DNA from: Devosia sp.
GTDB lineage: Bacteria > Pseudomonadota > Alphaproteobacteria > Rhizobiales > Devosiaceae
Length of the DNA stretch: 64,000 bases
Direction of reading: 5' to 3'
NCBI RefSeq assembly: GCF_028290645.1
Contig: NZ_JAQGJL010000199.1
Span: forward strand, 523 to 64,522
Shown here: in pieces, positions 8,156-16,821 of the stretch
How the letters are laid out: every line of letters begins with the position of its first letter
Position numbering within the stretch: position 1 is the stretch's first letter
Program-made: the position numbers and the translations under genes
Notes under the pieces: model-generated
Told to the model about the DNA's origin: nothing
Database searches by the model: none
The model's input: the letters and a program-made list of their open reading frames with translations, nothing else

Positions 8156-8623
8156 CTACCAGCGATCGCTAGCCAGCAGCACCGCGAGGAACATCACGAC
8201 GCGCCGCCACAGGGTCACGCCGTCCGCGCGCAGTGCGTTGTAGAACTCCCCGGCTGCAGTCATGTGGCACCAGTCCTCATAGAGCAGGAAGTCGTGCACG
8301 ATGGCGGCCTTGGCTATCTCGGGGCTGTAGCCGTTGAACCGGGAGCCTACCCAGCCGCCGACAGCCCCGCCGAGTAGCGCACCTGCCAGCGCCCACCACG
8401 ACCCCAGCAGGAGGCCGAGCAGGCCCAGCGGCAGGCCGAGGGCCAGGCCAACCGCTACACCCAACCACCAGGGGATCGATGCGAGATCGGTGACGAACCC
8501 GGCCGGGGCTTCGATGAACAAGCCGGTACCGAGCTTGCCTACCTCCCACACCAGCGGCGTCACCAACTGCCAGTCGCCGTCTAGCGGCTGGATCTGGGCG
8601 GTGGTGTAGATGCTCATCGACAC
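8156..8623 (-). CDS. DUF1353-family phage protein with Gly/Leu-rich hydrophobic insertion
   Basis: GFVTDLASIPWW and AAIVHDFLLY match the DUF1353 signature. The listed start is GTG; an alternative ATG lies at 8617. Confidence 0.7.
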   Translation of the reverse strand: MSMSIYTTAQIQPLDGDWQLVTPLVWEVGKLGTGLFIEAPAGFVTDLASIPWWLGVAVGLALGLPLGLLGLLLGSWWALAGALLGGAVGGWVGSRFNGYSPEIAKAAIVHDFLLYEDWCHMTAAGEFYNALRADGVTLWRRVVMFLAVLLASDRW

Positions 8624-8720
8624 GCGACTGAAGGTGCGTTGGTCATGGTGCTGGTCTTTTCACTGGACTGGCGCCGCACTATTGGATGAAGTTGCGCCGC
8701 AGAGGTGAGGGTTAAAAGCA

Positions 8721-9740
8721 ATGGTAGGTCGTGAAATCATCGCGCCGTTGCATGGGTTGCGCGGCATCGCAGCCATGACGGTGGTTCTGGGACACGTCGG
8801 CGACATCACGAAGGTGCTTGTGATCTCGCCAGCGTGCGGGGTGCTATTGTTTTTCTCCCTGAGCGGATACCTGATGATGCACTTGTATGGCGCCGCGACT
8901 TTCAGCCTGCGCTCGGCGTGGTCGTTCGCAGTGGCGAGGTTCGCGCGTATCTATCCGCTCTTTGCTGCTGTCATTGTCGCCAATGTCATGCTCGACATCT
9001 GGCTGGGGAAATCGCCGTTCCAGTTCGGTGTTGACCAGCTAGCGCCTCATCTGCTGCTCGCGGGCGCAGGACTGACGGTCTGGACCGTAAGCGTCGAGTG
9101 TCAGTTCTACGGGCTGTTTCTCATCGCGTGGATCGCGCACCAGACCGTCTTTCGCAAGAACGATGCCGCCTTCGCTGCCTTCCTGGTTGCCGGCCTTGGC
9201 GTACTATGGATGCTTGGGTTGCAGGGCGGCCGCATCGACATCCTGCATTACCTGCACCTCTTTGTGCTCGGCATGCTTGCCGCCATCGTCATGAGGAAAA
9301 CCGGCGGCGCCACTATGGTCCGGATAGCCGGTTGGGCAGCGATCCCTCTCGCTGCCAGTTACTTGGCGATCTGTCTCTACTACGCGCCGGTTTTTGCTCC
9401 AGGCCAGCGGATATTCTCCGAGATGTGGGTCAGCGTGGTTGTGGCAGGCCTCGTAGGCGCACTCGCCATGGCCCCCAAGTCCTTGGCCGGACGGGTTCTC
9501 GGCAGCGCGCCCCTCGTCTGGCTCGGCGAGATTTCATTCGGCATCTACCTGCTCCAGCGACCCGTGATGTTCTTCCTCGCCGCCGTTCCCGGCCTCAATC
9601 GCTACACCTGGGCTGCGCTGGTTATCCTCCTGACCATCCTAGCGGCTTGGGTGGCGCATCTGTCGATCGAGCGGCCCGCGAGATACTGGATCAGGCGGGG
9701 GTCGGTTCAGCCTCTTTCGATCCCTGTACCTACCCCCTGA
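8721..9740 (+). CDS. acyltransferase family 3 membrane protein (O-antigen/polysaccharide O-acetylase-like)
   Basis: LHGLRGIAAMTVVLGH N-terminal motif, about ten hydrophobic segments, 339 aa. The only sizeable plus-strand gene inside the prophage. Confidence 0.85.
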   Translation: MVGREIIAPLHGLRGIAAMTVVLGHVGDITKVLVISPACGVLLFFSLSGYLMMHLYGAATFSLRSAWSFAVARFARIYPLFAAVIVANVMLDIWLGKSPFQFGVDQLAPHLLLAGAGLTVWTVSVECQFYGLFLIAWIAHQTVFRKNDAAFAAFLVAGLGVLWMLGLQGGRIDILHYLHLFVLGMLAAIVMRKTGGATMVRIAGWAAIPLAASYLAICLYYAPVFAPGQRIFSEMWVSVVVAGLVGALAMAPKSLAGRVLGSAPLVWLGEISFGIYLLQRPVMFFLAAVPGLNRYTWAALVILLTILAAWVAHLSIERPARYWIRRGSVQPLSIPVPTP

Positions 9741-9743
9741 CTG

Positions 9744-10976
9744 CTATGCCGGTCGGACTGCGATGGTCACAGCCGCACCGTTTGTCGAAGCGTTAAACGT
9801 GAACACACCCGGGTCCTCGGAGGCCGCTTGCAGATTGCGGGTGGCAGAAGCCAATTGGGCGGTTTGGGCCGATGTGCCGGCGAGCAACTGGTTGCTGGAA
9901 TAGTTCGTCGGATAACTCGCAACGCCTGTGGTGGTGGACCTCTTGCCTCCCGAAGCAATCCACAGCGTATTCACTGAACCCCAGCTCGGCGTTAGTGACG
10001 GAGGGTCGGCGGTCGTAGTGCTCGCAATCAGGGCCGAGGCGATTTCAGGAACACCCTGATAGCCGGTGATCCTGAATGAGTTGACACAATACGAGCCGTT
10101 GCCGCTAGCCGTGAATGTGACCGATGCCCCTTCAGATCCCGAAGCCACCTTGTATGCCACGAAGAAGGTGTCGGTGGTGGAATTGCTATCGTACAGGATC
10201 GTCCACCCGGACGCGGAGTGCGTTCTGGCCGTGCTCGGGTTTCCCTGCCCAATGACAATGAGCAGGTCGCCAGCGGTAATGCCTGCCGGCAGGCTAGCTG
10301 CGTGCGTCGTAACGGCGGCTGTAGTTGGGCCGTTGGAGTTTGTCGCTGCGACAACGGGAAATGTGCCACCCGCCGCGTACGTCAGCGTCGCGGACTGCCC
10401 GGTCAGGGCGAAGGCCCCGGCGGCCGCCGCCATCCGCTTTGCGGTCCTGAGTGTCGCCGCTTGTCCGGTAAGCGCGAACGATCCCGCTGCGGCAACGATC
10501 TTGCGGGAGACGCGAACCCCGGCGGCTTGGCCGGTGAGCGCGAAGCTGCCGGCAGCGGCAGCCATATTGAGGCCCTTGCGGAGCACCGCAGACGTGCCGG
10601 TGAGCGCGAACGAACCGGCGCCGGCGGTGACACGACGGGCGCGCTTGAGACCGGCGTCCTGCCCGGACAGTGCAAAGCTGCCAGCCCCTGCCGCGATGGA
10701 TTTCCCGCGCTTGAGGGTCGCGTTTTGCCCTGTAAGGGCAAAGCTCCCCGGCGCCGCCGCCACCCGCTTGGCGCGCAACAGCGCCGCGTTCTGTCCTGAC
10801 AGGAGGAACGCTCCGCTGCCGGCCGACAGAACCACACCCCGGATCAGCCGCAGAACAGCCGCCCCGCCAGTGAGCGCGAAGCTCCCGGCAGCGGCGCGAA
10901 GTCTCTTGCTGCGGAACTGCGCCCGACGGATGCGAGCGTATCCGGGCAATGCCCGGCTGATCAGGCGACGCCTCAT
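9744..10976 (-). CDS. tail fibre / receptor-binding protein with tandem 21-aa repeats
   Basis: ATG at 10976 (MRRRLISRA), 5 nt after the upstream stop. About nine repeats of the AGSFALTGQxAxLxxxxR type, followed by a beta-rich C-terminal domain. Confidence 0.65.
   Translation of the reverse strand: MRRRLISRALPGYARIRRAQFRSKRLRAAAGSFALTGGAAVLRLIRGVVLSAGSGAFLLSGQNAALLRAKRVAAAPGSFALTGQNATLKRGKSIAAGAGSFALSGQDAGLKRARRVTAGAGSFALTGTSAVLRKGLNMAAAAGSFALTGQAAGVRVSRKIVAAAGSFALTGQAATLRTAKRMAAAAGAFALTGQSATLTYAAGGTFPVVAATNSNGPTTAAVTTHAASLPAGITAGDLLIVIGQGNPSTARTHSASGWTILYDSNSTTDTFFVAYKVASGSEGASVTFTASGNGSYCVNSFRITGYQGVPEIASALIASTTTADPPSLTPSWGSVNTLWIASGGKRSTTTGVASYPTNYSSNQLLAGTSAQTAQLASATRNLQAASEDPGVFTFNASTNGAAVTIAVRPA
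10370..10895 (-). repeat. about nine tandem 63-bp coding repeats (AGSFALTGQ units) inside the fibre gene; approximate limits
   Basis: Periodic GCGAAGCTGCC/GGTGAGCGCGAA strings on the plus strand. Peptide repeats were read from the ORF translation. Confidence 0.7.
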
Positions 10977-10980
10977 CTGA

Positions 10981-11277
10981 CTACCTGATTTCCCAGAATG
11001 GCCGCTCTTCGGGAATGGCATTGGGACCGCTGCCGGCGGAGCCGCCTACGCAGAAGCGCCGGTGCTTCTTCCCGCAGGTGCAGGTGAAGATGTAGATGTC
11101 AGGCACGCCGCGGTCGCGGTCGGCCTCGCAGGAGTACCAGGCTTCAAGCGTGTGGTTCTCGGGATGGCGGCAGCACGATGCGATGAGCTGGTTCTGCTCG
11201 AGCGCCTCGATGTACTTGGGCGGAATGAGGTTGCCGAGCTTGGCAACGGGATATGGCGGACAAGCGAGGTGCTGCAT
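10981..11277 (-). CDS. cysteine-rich small phage protein (possible zinc-binding)
   Basis: 98 aa with CC, C-x-C and C-x-C-x-C clusters (ASCCRHPENH...YSCEADRD...FTCTCGKKHRRFC). Confidence 0.5.
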   Translation of the reverse strand: MQHLACPPYPVAKLGNLIPPKYIEALEQNQLIASCCRHPENHTLEAWYSCEADRDRGVPDIYIFTCTCGKKHRRFCVGGSAGSGPNAIPEERPFWEIR

Positions 11278-11280
11278 GGC

Positions 11281-11571
11281 TCAGGCGCTCTTGCCGCGAC
11301 CTGCAGTCAAACGCTTGCCGTCCGGGACCGGCGCATCCTCAGCAACACGCCGTCCGACCAGGAGCCCATCGGCGCGGCCGATCGGCTCGCCCGCCGCACA
11401 GACCTCGTAAAGTGCTGCGAGATAGGTTTCCTTGGTGACAGGCTTCTCGACGAGAACCTGGATATGGCCCGTCTTGGGCTCGACCTCTCGCCAGTCTTCG
11501 AATGTGCGGTGCTTCTCAAAGGCCGCCTGCACGCGGGCGACCATGATGTCACGGGATTCTGCGGTGCGCAT
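11281..11571 (-). CDS. hypothetical phage protein
   Basis: ATG at 11571 (MRTAESRDIMVARVQAAFEKH...), downstream of the preceding stop at 11583. Confidence 0.45.
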   Translation of the reverse strand: MRTAESRDIMVARVQAAFEKHRTFEDWREVEPKTGHIQVLVEKPVTKETYLAALYEVCAAGEPIGRADGLLVGRRVAEDAPVPDGKRLTAGRGKSA

Positions 11572-11582
11572 GGGTCTGCTCC

Positions 11583-12017
11583 TCAAGCCAGCGTTGCGAG
11601 AGAGGCGCCGAAGTCGAGGGTGACACTCTCCCCCGCCGCGACGGTAAAGGTCGCGCCATAGTCCCACGAACCGAACAACGGATCGGCCGGGGAAGTCGGC
11701 GTGTCATCGTAGGCCGAGAAATAGCGGCCGGTTGTCGAGGATCCGAGATTGCCGGTGACGGCCGTCCAGGTCACGTCCACCGCCGTCGACGTCACCGTGC
11801 CGCCGGTGCGGGTGGAGTTGAAGGTGATATTCTCACCCCCGGTGTTGTATCCGTTCGATCCGCCGATCTGCGTCAGGTCGGACAAGGTTGCGTCGGTCGC
11901 AACCACTGGAGCGTCGGTGTGGATCACCGCCTTCCAGGTGTCGGTCGCCCCGTAGAAGTCGATGATCTTATTTGCGAGATGTTCGACGAACGCCTCGTAT
12001 TTCACAAAGGTCGCCAT
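11583..12017 (-). CDS. hypothetical phage tail-associated protein
   Basis: 144-aa beta-rich ORF between two fibre-like genes. ATG start. Confidence 0.5.
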   Translation of the reverse strand: MATFVKYEAFVEHLANKIIDFYGATDTWKAVIHTDAPVVATDATLSDLTQIGGSNGYNTGGENITFNSTRTGGTVTSTAVDVTWTAVTGNLGSSTTGRYFSAYDDTPTSPADPLFGSWDYGATFTVAAGESVTLDFGASLATLA

Positions 12018-12050
12018 CAGCGAGCCTCCTTGCTTTTAGGGTTTGATCTC

Positions 12051-13598
12051 TCACCACACCGTCACGCGCACGCGGCCATCGCCGCCCTTGCCGGAATTGC
12101 CTGCCTCGTTGCCGCCGCCACCGCCGCCCGGTTGTGCCCCGGCCGTAGCCGCGACACCCCCGCCGTCAGCTCCAGCGCCGCCGTTGCCGCCATGCGTCGA
12201 GACGCCGCCGATGTTGCCGGGCGTATTGCCACCACCACCACCACCACCACCGCCACGCATGGACCCGCCGCCAGCTCCGCCTTGGAGGGAGGATGTCGCT
12301 CCGCCGCCACCGCCGCCGCCACCAGAGACCGACTCTCCGCCTGCCCCGGTGCCGGAGCCACCACCACCGCCGCCAAACACCGAGGCCACGCCCGGCGATC
12401 CAGATGCTCCGCCAATGGGTGAACCGCCCGCGCCCGCGCTGGAGGCGGACTTTTGCCCCCCGCCCCCGCCGCCTGTGGTCCCGACGCCACCACCACCGCC
12501 GTAGGCGACGACATGCGAGCCTAATGACGTATTGCCACCCGCCTGGCCATCGGTGCTGTCAACCGTTCGCGCGGCGCCGCCTGCGCCAACAGTAACTGTT
12601 TCCGTCGCACCCAAACTGGAAAGAGGGACAAGGCGCTCGACGTAGGCACCGCCACCACCGCCGCCGCCGCCGTTGCCGTTCGATCCGCGGCGTCCCGACC
12701 CGCCAGCACCCCAGCACTGAATCAGCGCGACGTTGCCCTTGCTCGGCTTCGTCCATGTCGACGCACCGGCGGTGCTGAAGTCCTGATAGTCCGACCCCGC
12801 GCCACCCAGCCACGCGCCGCCGACGTAGCTGACCTCGAAACCGAAGTCCCGGTGGAACACCGTGGCGCCCTCATAGGCGTCAATGAAGGCCCATGCCGCG
12901 CTCTCGTAGTAAGCGATGTCCCCGGCATGGCCGACGAAGGCCCCGGTCGGAACTGTGCCCACCAGCCAGAACGTATCCGCCGCCGGCGAGCCGGGAGGCG
13001 TGTTCAGCGTCTCTTCCACCGCAACGCCGGCCGCCATGAGCAGCGCCCGGGGTGGAACCGAGCCGTCGGCATACTCGACTGCGAAGCCCGTCCAGCCCGA
13101 GGCGGTGAATTGCTGGTTGGTCCCGGTGTCCTCATTGAACACCGTGAGCCCGATTTCCGGCGCGGCATATACCCAGCCGCGCCGGGTGTAGACCGCCAGG
13201 TCATCATCACGCCCAGCAAAGGCGCCCGTTGCCGCTGTCCCGACCCGATAGACATCCCCCACCACTGGGGACCCGGGCGGGGCCGTCGCGATGCTGAGCA
13301 CCGAGTTGCGCGAGATCGCCGCGGCTTCCTCGATGTGGTAGCGCAGCCCGTTGCCCGAGACGAGGCAAGTCAGCCCATCGTCGGCCGTTGTCGAGTCCGT
13401 CGTGTCGAGGAAATAGTCGTACCCCGTCGCCGCGTAGTGGATCAGCAGCGGTGGTTCGCCCACGTCGAAGTCGAGATCGACAAGGCTCTCGCCGACGTTC
13501 AGCACGTAGCCGAAGCGTTTGACCATCGCCTCGAGCAACGTACCCGTGACAAGGCCGGCCGTGGCTGCCGCAGCGGTCCGGATGGGGTTCTGAGCCAT
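12051..13598 (-). CDS. DUF2793-like tail fibre protein with long glycine-rich C-terminal half
   Basis: Two copies of PPGSP..GD.Y.VG...TGAF.G....A.Y....W.F......G..VF (DUF2793-like), then about 220 aa dominated by GGGGGG runs, ending GKGGDGRVRVTVW. Confidence 0.7.
   Translation of the reverse strand: MAQNPIRTAAAATAGLVTGTLLEAMVKRFGYVLNVGESLVDLDFDVGEPPLLIHYAATGYDYFLDTTDSTTADDGLTCLVSGNGLRYHIEEAAAISRNSVLSIATAPPGSPVVGDVYRVGTAATGAFAGRDDDLAVYTRRGWVYAAPEIGLTVFNEDTGTNQQFTASGWTGFAVEYADGSVPPRALLMAAGVAVEETLNTPPGSPAADTFWLVGTVPTGAFVGHAGDIAYYESAAWAFIDAYEGATVFHRDFGFEVSYVGGAWLGGAGSDYQDFSTAGASTWTKPSKGNVALIQCWGAGGSGRRGSNGNGGGGGGGGAYVERLVPLSSLGATETVTVGAGGAARTVDSTDGQAGGNTSLGSHVVAYGGGGGVGTTGGGGGGQKSASSAGAGGSPIGGASGSPGVASVFGGGGGGSGTGAGGESVSGGGGGGGGATSSLQGGAGGGSMRGGGGGGGGGNTPGNIGGVSTHGGNGGAGADGGGVAATAGAQPGGGGGGNEAGNSGKGGDGRVRVTVW
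12054..12716 (-). repeat. GGN-codon low-complexity tract encoding poly-glycine runs; approximate limits
   Basis: GCCGCC/ACCACC runs on the plus strand. The plus-strand Pro-rich shadow ORF 12043..12504 is the complement of it. Confidence 0.8.
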
Positions 13599-13613
13599 GA
13601 TGTCCCTGAATGC

Positions 13614-15203
13614 CTAGGCGGCTTCCTCGAGCGGCGTTTCGAGCGCCGTCGACCAGCCGTTGATGATGGTGGGGCTGGTGCCCGAAAGGCTCAGCGCCAC
13701 CGTGAAGTCCGCATTGATCGAAAGCCCGTCGACCCGGTACAGCCCGTTCATGTCGTCATAGGGAGCCGGGGCATCCCAATTGACGACGTCGCCGAGCTCC
13801 AGTTGCCGGTTCGCCTTGCCGGATGCCACCAGCACGGAAATGTCGAACACCCCGGAGATCGTCTTCCCCAAGGCGTTTTCGGTCATCATCGCGTAGGCGA
13901 GACGCTGCGCCGCCGGCGCGCTGTCGCAGAAGCGTTGGCTCTGCCGCTCCGCCGTCTCATCGTCCAGCGCCGAGCCGGGATAGGCCGTCTCGGCCTGCTG
14001 GCCGTAGCGCGCCGCGGGGAAGAACTGCGCCACGATCCCCGATATCCCAGACCGGCTGTCCGGCTCGTTCTGCATCGAGATCGAGCCCGCCCGAACCCAC
14101 TGCCCCTTGTGTATCGTGGCGACAGCGGAGGCCGGCCGATCTGCGCGGATATTCGATAGCCCCTCGCTTTTCGAGATCGTCGCCCGGTTCTGCTGCGCCA
14201 TGGCGCCGATCACGTCTATGGGGCTCTCGGTCGAGCGGACCAGCCCGTTCACCCGGCCGCGCTGCTCGCTGCCGTCAAGCGTCGGGACATACTCCCGGTC
14301 GATGGCGATGCTTTCGGTCGCAGCCGTCCCGTTGATCTCGGCCCGCGGCACCTGCCCGCCGAGGTCGGCGCACAGATAGTCCTCAATGGCAATCGTGGCC
14401 GTATCGCTCCAAGTCCATGTCGTCGGATCGCTGGGATCCTGCGCCGGGTCGGTGCGATCATATTGACGCAGCCCGCGAAGCCGGATCAGCATCTGCGGAA
14501 CGCCGGCGACGCCCCAGAGCTCGGTGTGATGGTCGGCCGAGTTGCCGTAGTCCATGTCGAGGACGATGGTGCAGACGCCGCGCTGCCGGAACTCGGTCCA
14601 CTTCGTCGCCCGCGCCGCGTCGCCCGGGTAGAAGTCGTCGGGCGGCGAGGCGAACCGGCCGGAGATGATGCTATCGATCGCCTGGCTGTCCGTGCCCGTG
14701 CGAAACGAGGACCGGAGATAGGCAATGGAGCCGTCGAACCAGGGCGCCGTCACGGCATCCCCGGTCGGCCCGAAGAAGCACTCGGTGCCGTTGATGGAGA
14801 TGCTGACCAGCCCATCGCAAACCCCCTCGGAGAGGGTCAGCCCGAACAGCCAGCGGTCCGGCACGGAAGAACCCGAGGCGGCGACGGTCTTATGGAAGAA
14901 CACCCCGCCGGCCAGTGTGGCAGTCCCGTACACCCGCCCCACCTCCAGCAAGGCGTCGAACTCCGGCAACTGCACCCCGGGCTGTTCCTGCTGCCCCTGC
15001 CTCTGGCGTTGCCCGGCGGCGCTGATGAGGTACTGGATACCGAATGACGCCGCTGAAATGGCGACACTGACCAGTAGCTGCCCAACCACGCCGATCGAAG
15101 CGTACCAGGTCGCGATGCCGGTGATGGCCGCAGTGATCGGGTCGGCCCGCGCTGCCGTCGCGGAGGCGAGCAGCAGCAACAGGGCGAGGCTAAGCCGCTT
15201 CAC
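13614..15203 (-). CDS. host-specificity / tail tip protein (lambda J-like, RcGTA g15-like N-terminal region)
   Basis: 529-aa ORF following the distal-tail genes. Position and length are consistent with a central tail fibre/host specificity protein. 14-nt overlap with the upstream gene. Confidence 0.7.
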   Translation of the reverse strand: MKRLSLALLLLLASATAARADPITAAITGIATWYASIGVVGQLLVSVAISAASFGIQYLISAAGQRQRQGQQEQPGVQLPEFDALLEVGRVYGTATLAGGVFFHKTVAASGSSVPDRWLFGLTLSEGVCDGLVSISINGTECFFGPTGDAVTAPWFDGSIAYLRSSFRTGTDSQAIDSIISGRFASPPDDFYPGDAARATKWTEFRQRGVCTIVLDMDYGNSADHHTELWGVAGVPQMLIRLRGLRQYDRTDPAQDPSDPTTWTWSDTATIAIEDYLCADLGGQVPRAEINGTAATESIAIDREYVPTLDGSEQRGRVNGLVRSTESPIDVIGAMAQQNRATISKSEGLSNIRADRPASAVATIHKGQWVRAGSISMQNEPDSRSGISGIVAQFFPAARYGQQAETAYPGSALDDETAERQSQRFCDSAPAAQRLAYAMMTENALGKTISGVFDISVLVASGKANRQLELGDVVNWDAPAPYDDMNGLYRVDGLSINADFTVALSLSGTSPTIINGWSTALETPLEEAA

Positions 15204-15621
15204 GCACGATCTCCCACATCCGCTTTGGGGCTATACCCGTCACCGTTACCCCCTTGCCGTCATTGGAGATGATCCAGCGGTCCTCCCCGTCGAAGATGGC
15301 GGGCACGCCCACGCCGTTCTCAGCGTCATAGACCCCGATCATCACCGCCCCTTGCCGGGGCCCGTCGACTTCTTCGAAGCCCTGTTCGCGGGCAAGGCGG
15401 TCTAGCGCCTTCTCCACCGCCGTATCGCCCCGCCCGCCCGCTGCGACACGCGCCAGCACGGCCTTCGCCGTCGCTTCATCCCAGGCGTCCCGCCGCCACG
15501 GCGCGGCATAGTCCGTCCCCGTCGCATCGCGCACGAAGTCGAAAACCCAGATCAGGCATGGATACGACCAGTCGAGCCCGGAGCGCGCCCGGGCGATGGC
15601 GCTCGCAACGGCCCCGGTCAT
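15190..15621 (-). CDS. small tail-tip protein in the RcGTA g14 (NlpC/P60-like) position
   Basis: ATG at 15621 forms an ATGA overlap with the upstream stop. The remaining N-terminal part of listed ORF 15190..16116 overlaps the upstream gene and looks spurious. Catalytic motifs not verified. Confidence 0.55.
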   Translation of the reverse strand: MTGAVASAIARARSGLDWSYPCLIWVFDFVRDATGTDYAAPWRRDAWDEATAKAVLARVAAGGRGDTAVEKALDRLAREQGFEEVDGPRQGAVMIGVYDAENGVGVPAIFDGEDRWIISNDGKGVTVTGIAPKRMWEIVREAA

Positions 15622-16178
15622 GTGCTCAGACGCCAATCGATCGGCTGCCCGGTGCGGGCGATCTTCTGCGTGTAGTAAAACCCGGTGTCCCCTGCGAACC
15701 GCTCCTGCTGGCTCTCGTGGCTCCACTTCTTGCCAGTCGGCTTGTCGAACCGGGGCAGAGCCTCGAAGCAGTTCAGCGTCAGCTTGATCGTGCCGTCGCC
15801 ATTGATCTCGCGCTGCAGCGTGTCCTGCTCCATCTGAGCCACCAGCAGCGGGTCGCGGATGATCTGCCCCGCACCGTTCCGAGCCGCCAGCCAGAGCTTG
15901 GCGCCCCGCCCCCGGACGCTCTCTTCCATCCCGGCCAGCACCTGCGGGTCGAGCCCGTTGAGGCTGAACTGCTGGGTCCGGAAGCTGAGAACGTCGCCAC
16001 GATCGATGGACGAAACGGAGTAGAGATGCCCGACCCCGAGATAGGTGTTCCCGTCCCATGCGATCGGCTGCATCCCCGACCAGCAGTAAAGCGGCGTGGT
16101 CGATCGCTCGAACCAAGCCAGCCAGCAGAGATCGCGGTTCGGCGAGCGGAGCGCCTGCGCCATGTCGTGGCTAAGCAT
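15618..16178 (-). CDS. distal tail protein (RcGTA g13 / DUF2163-like position)
   Basis: 186-aa ORF with an 8-nt overlap to the upstream gene. Alternative ATG at 16163. Confidence 0.6.
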   Translation of the reverse strand: MLSHDMAQALRSPNRDLCWLAWFERSTTPLYCWSGMQPIAWDGNTYLGVGHLYSVSSIDRGDVLSFRTQQFSLNGLDPQVLAGMEESVRGRGAKLWLAARNGAGQIIRDPLLVAQMEQDTLQREINGDGTIKLTLNCFEALPRFDKPTGKKWSHESQQERFAGDTGFYYTQKIARTGQPIDWRLST

Positions 16179-16821
16179 CGGTGTCCGGAACCTCTTGAAA
16201 CACCAGCGTGAACGCCTGCCCCATTCGATCGAGGTTCATCGCCAGATCCTGCGCGCCGGAGATGAGCCGGAAGAGCCCCGTCGGAGCCAGCGTGTTGACC
16301 GGGTCGTCCTCGGCAACTCCGAGCCGGAGGGGCGGCTGAATGCTTACTGTCGCTTCACCGCCAGCATCCGAGCCGCAATCATCCTCTACGACGTAGAGGT
16401 TCTCGCCGATGCCCAGCATGTCGCCCGACATGAACGCTGTCGCTTGGCTCGCAACGAGGTTCTTGATCGTGATCGTCTCGGCGCCAGCCTCGGCATCCAA
16501 AGCGATGTTCACCGTCGGCGTTGCGCCTCCGCTGCCTCGCGGCTGGTCCCCGAATATCTCCGCCGTCATCGTTGGATCGAACAGCCGTGCCAGCACCTTG
16601 CCGCCGCGCAGCTTCATCACGAAGCGACGGTACAGAAGATAAGTTTCCGCATCGGAGATCGCGAAGGTGAACTCGGGCGCCCAGAACACGGCGGTCGGTC
16701 CGTTGATCGATGAGATCGGGTTGAAGTTCGATGGCCCTGCCGACGTGTTGATGTATACCGGGTTGAACTTCGCCGAAGAGGTTCGGTAGAGCTCGGCCGG
16801 CATGGTGATGATCTCCGGCAT
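16171..16821 (-). CDS. distal tail protein (RcGTA g12-like position)
   Basis: 216-aa ORF whose start overlaps the tape-measure stop by 1 nt (translational coupling). Confidence 0.6.
   Translation of the reverse strand: MPEIITMPAELYRTSSAKFNPVYINTSAGPSNFNPISSINGPTAVFWAPEFTFAISDAETYLLYRRFVMKLRGGKVLARLFDPTMTAEIFGDQPRGSGGATPTVNIALDAEAGAETITIKNLVASQATAFMSGDMLGIGENLYVVEDDCGSDAGGEATVSIQPPLRLGVAEDDPVNTLAPTGLFRLISGAQDLAMNLDRMGQAFTLVFQEVPDTDA

Noticed and set aside
12043-12504. 153-aa plus-strand poly-proline ORF
   Set aside because: It is a mirror image of the poly-glycine tract of the minus-strand DUF2793-like fibre gene and is not independent coding sequence.
15622-16116. N-terminal 165 codons of listed ORF 15190..16116, and similarly 52791..53387 of ORF 51699..53387
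   Set aside because: These extensions overlap well-supported upstream genes in another frame and are Arg/Pro-rich. ATGA-coupled internal starts give products that begin at the canonical family N-termini.
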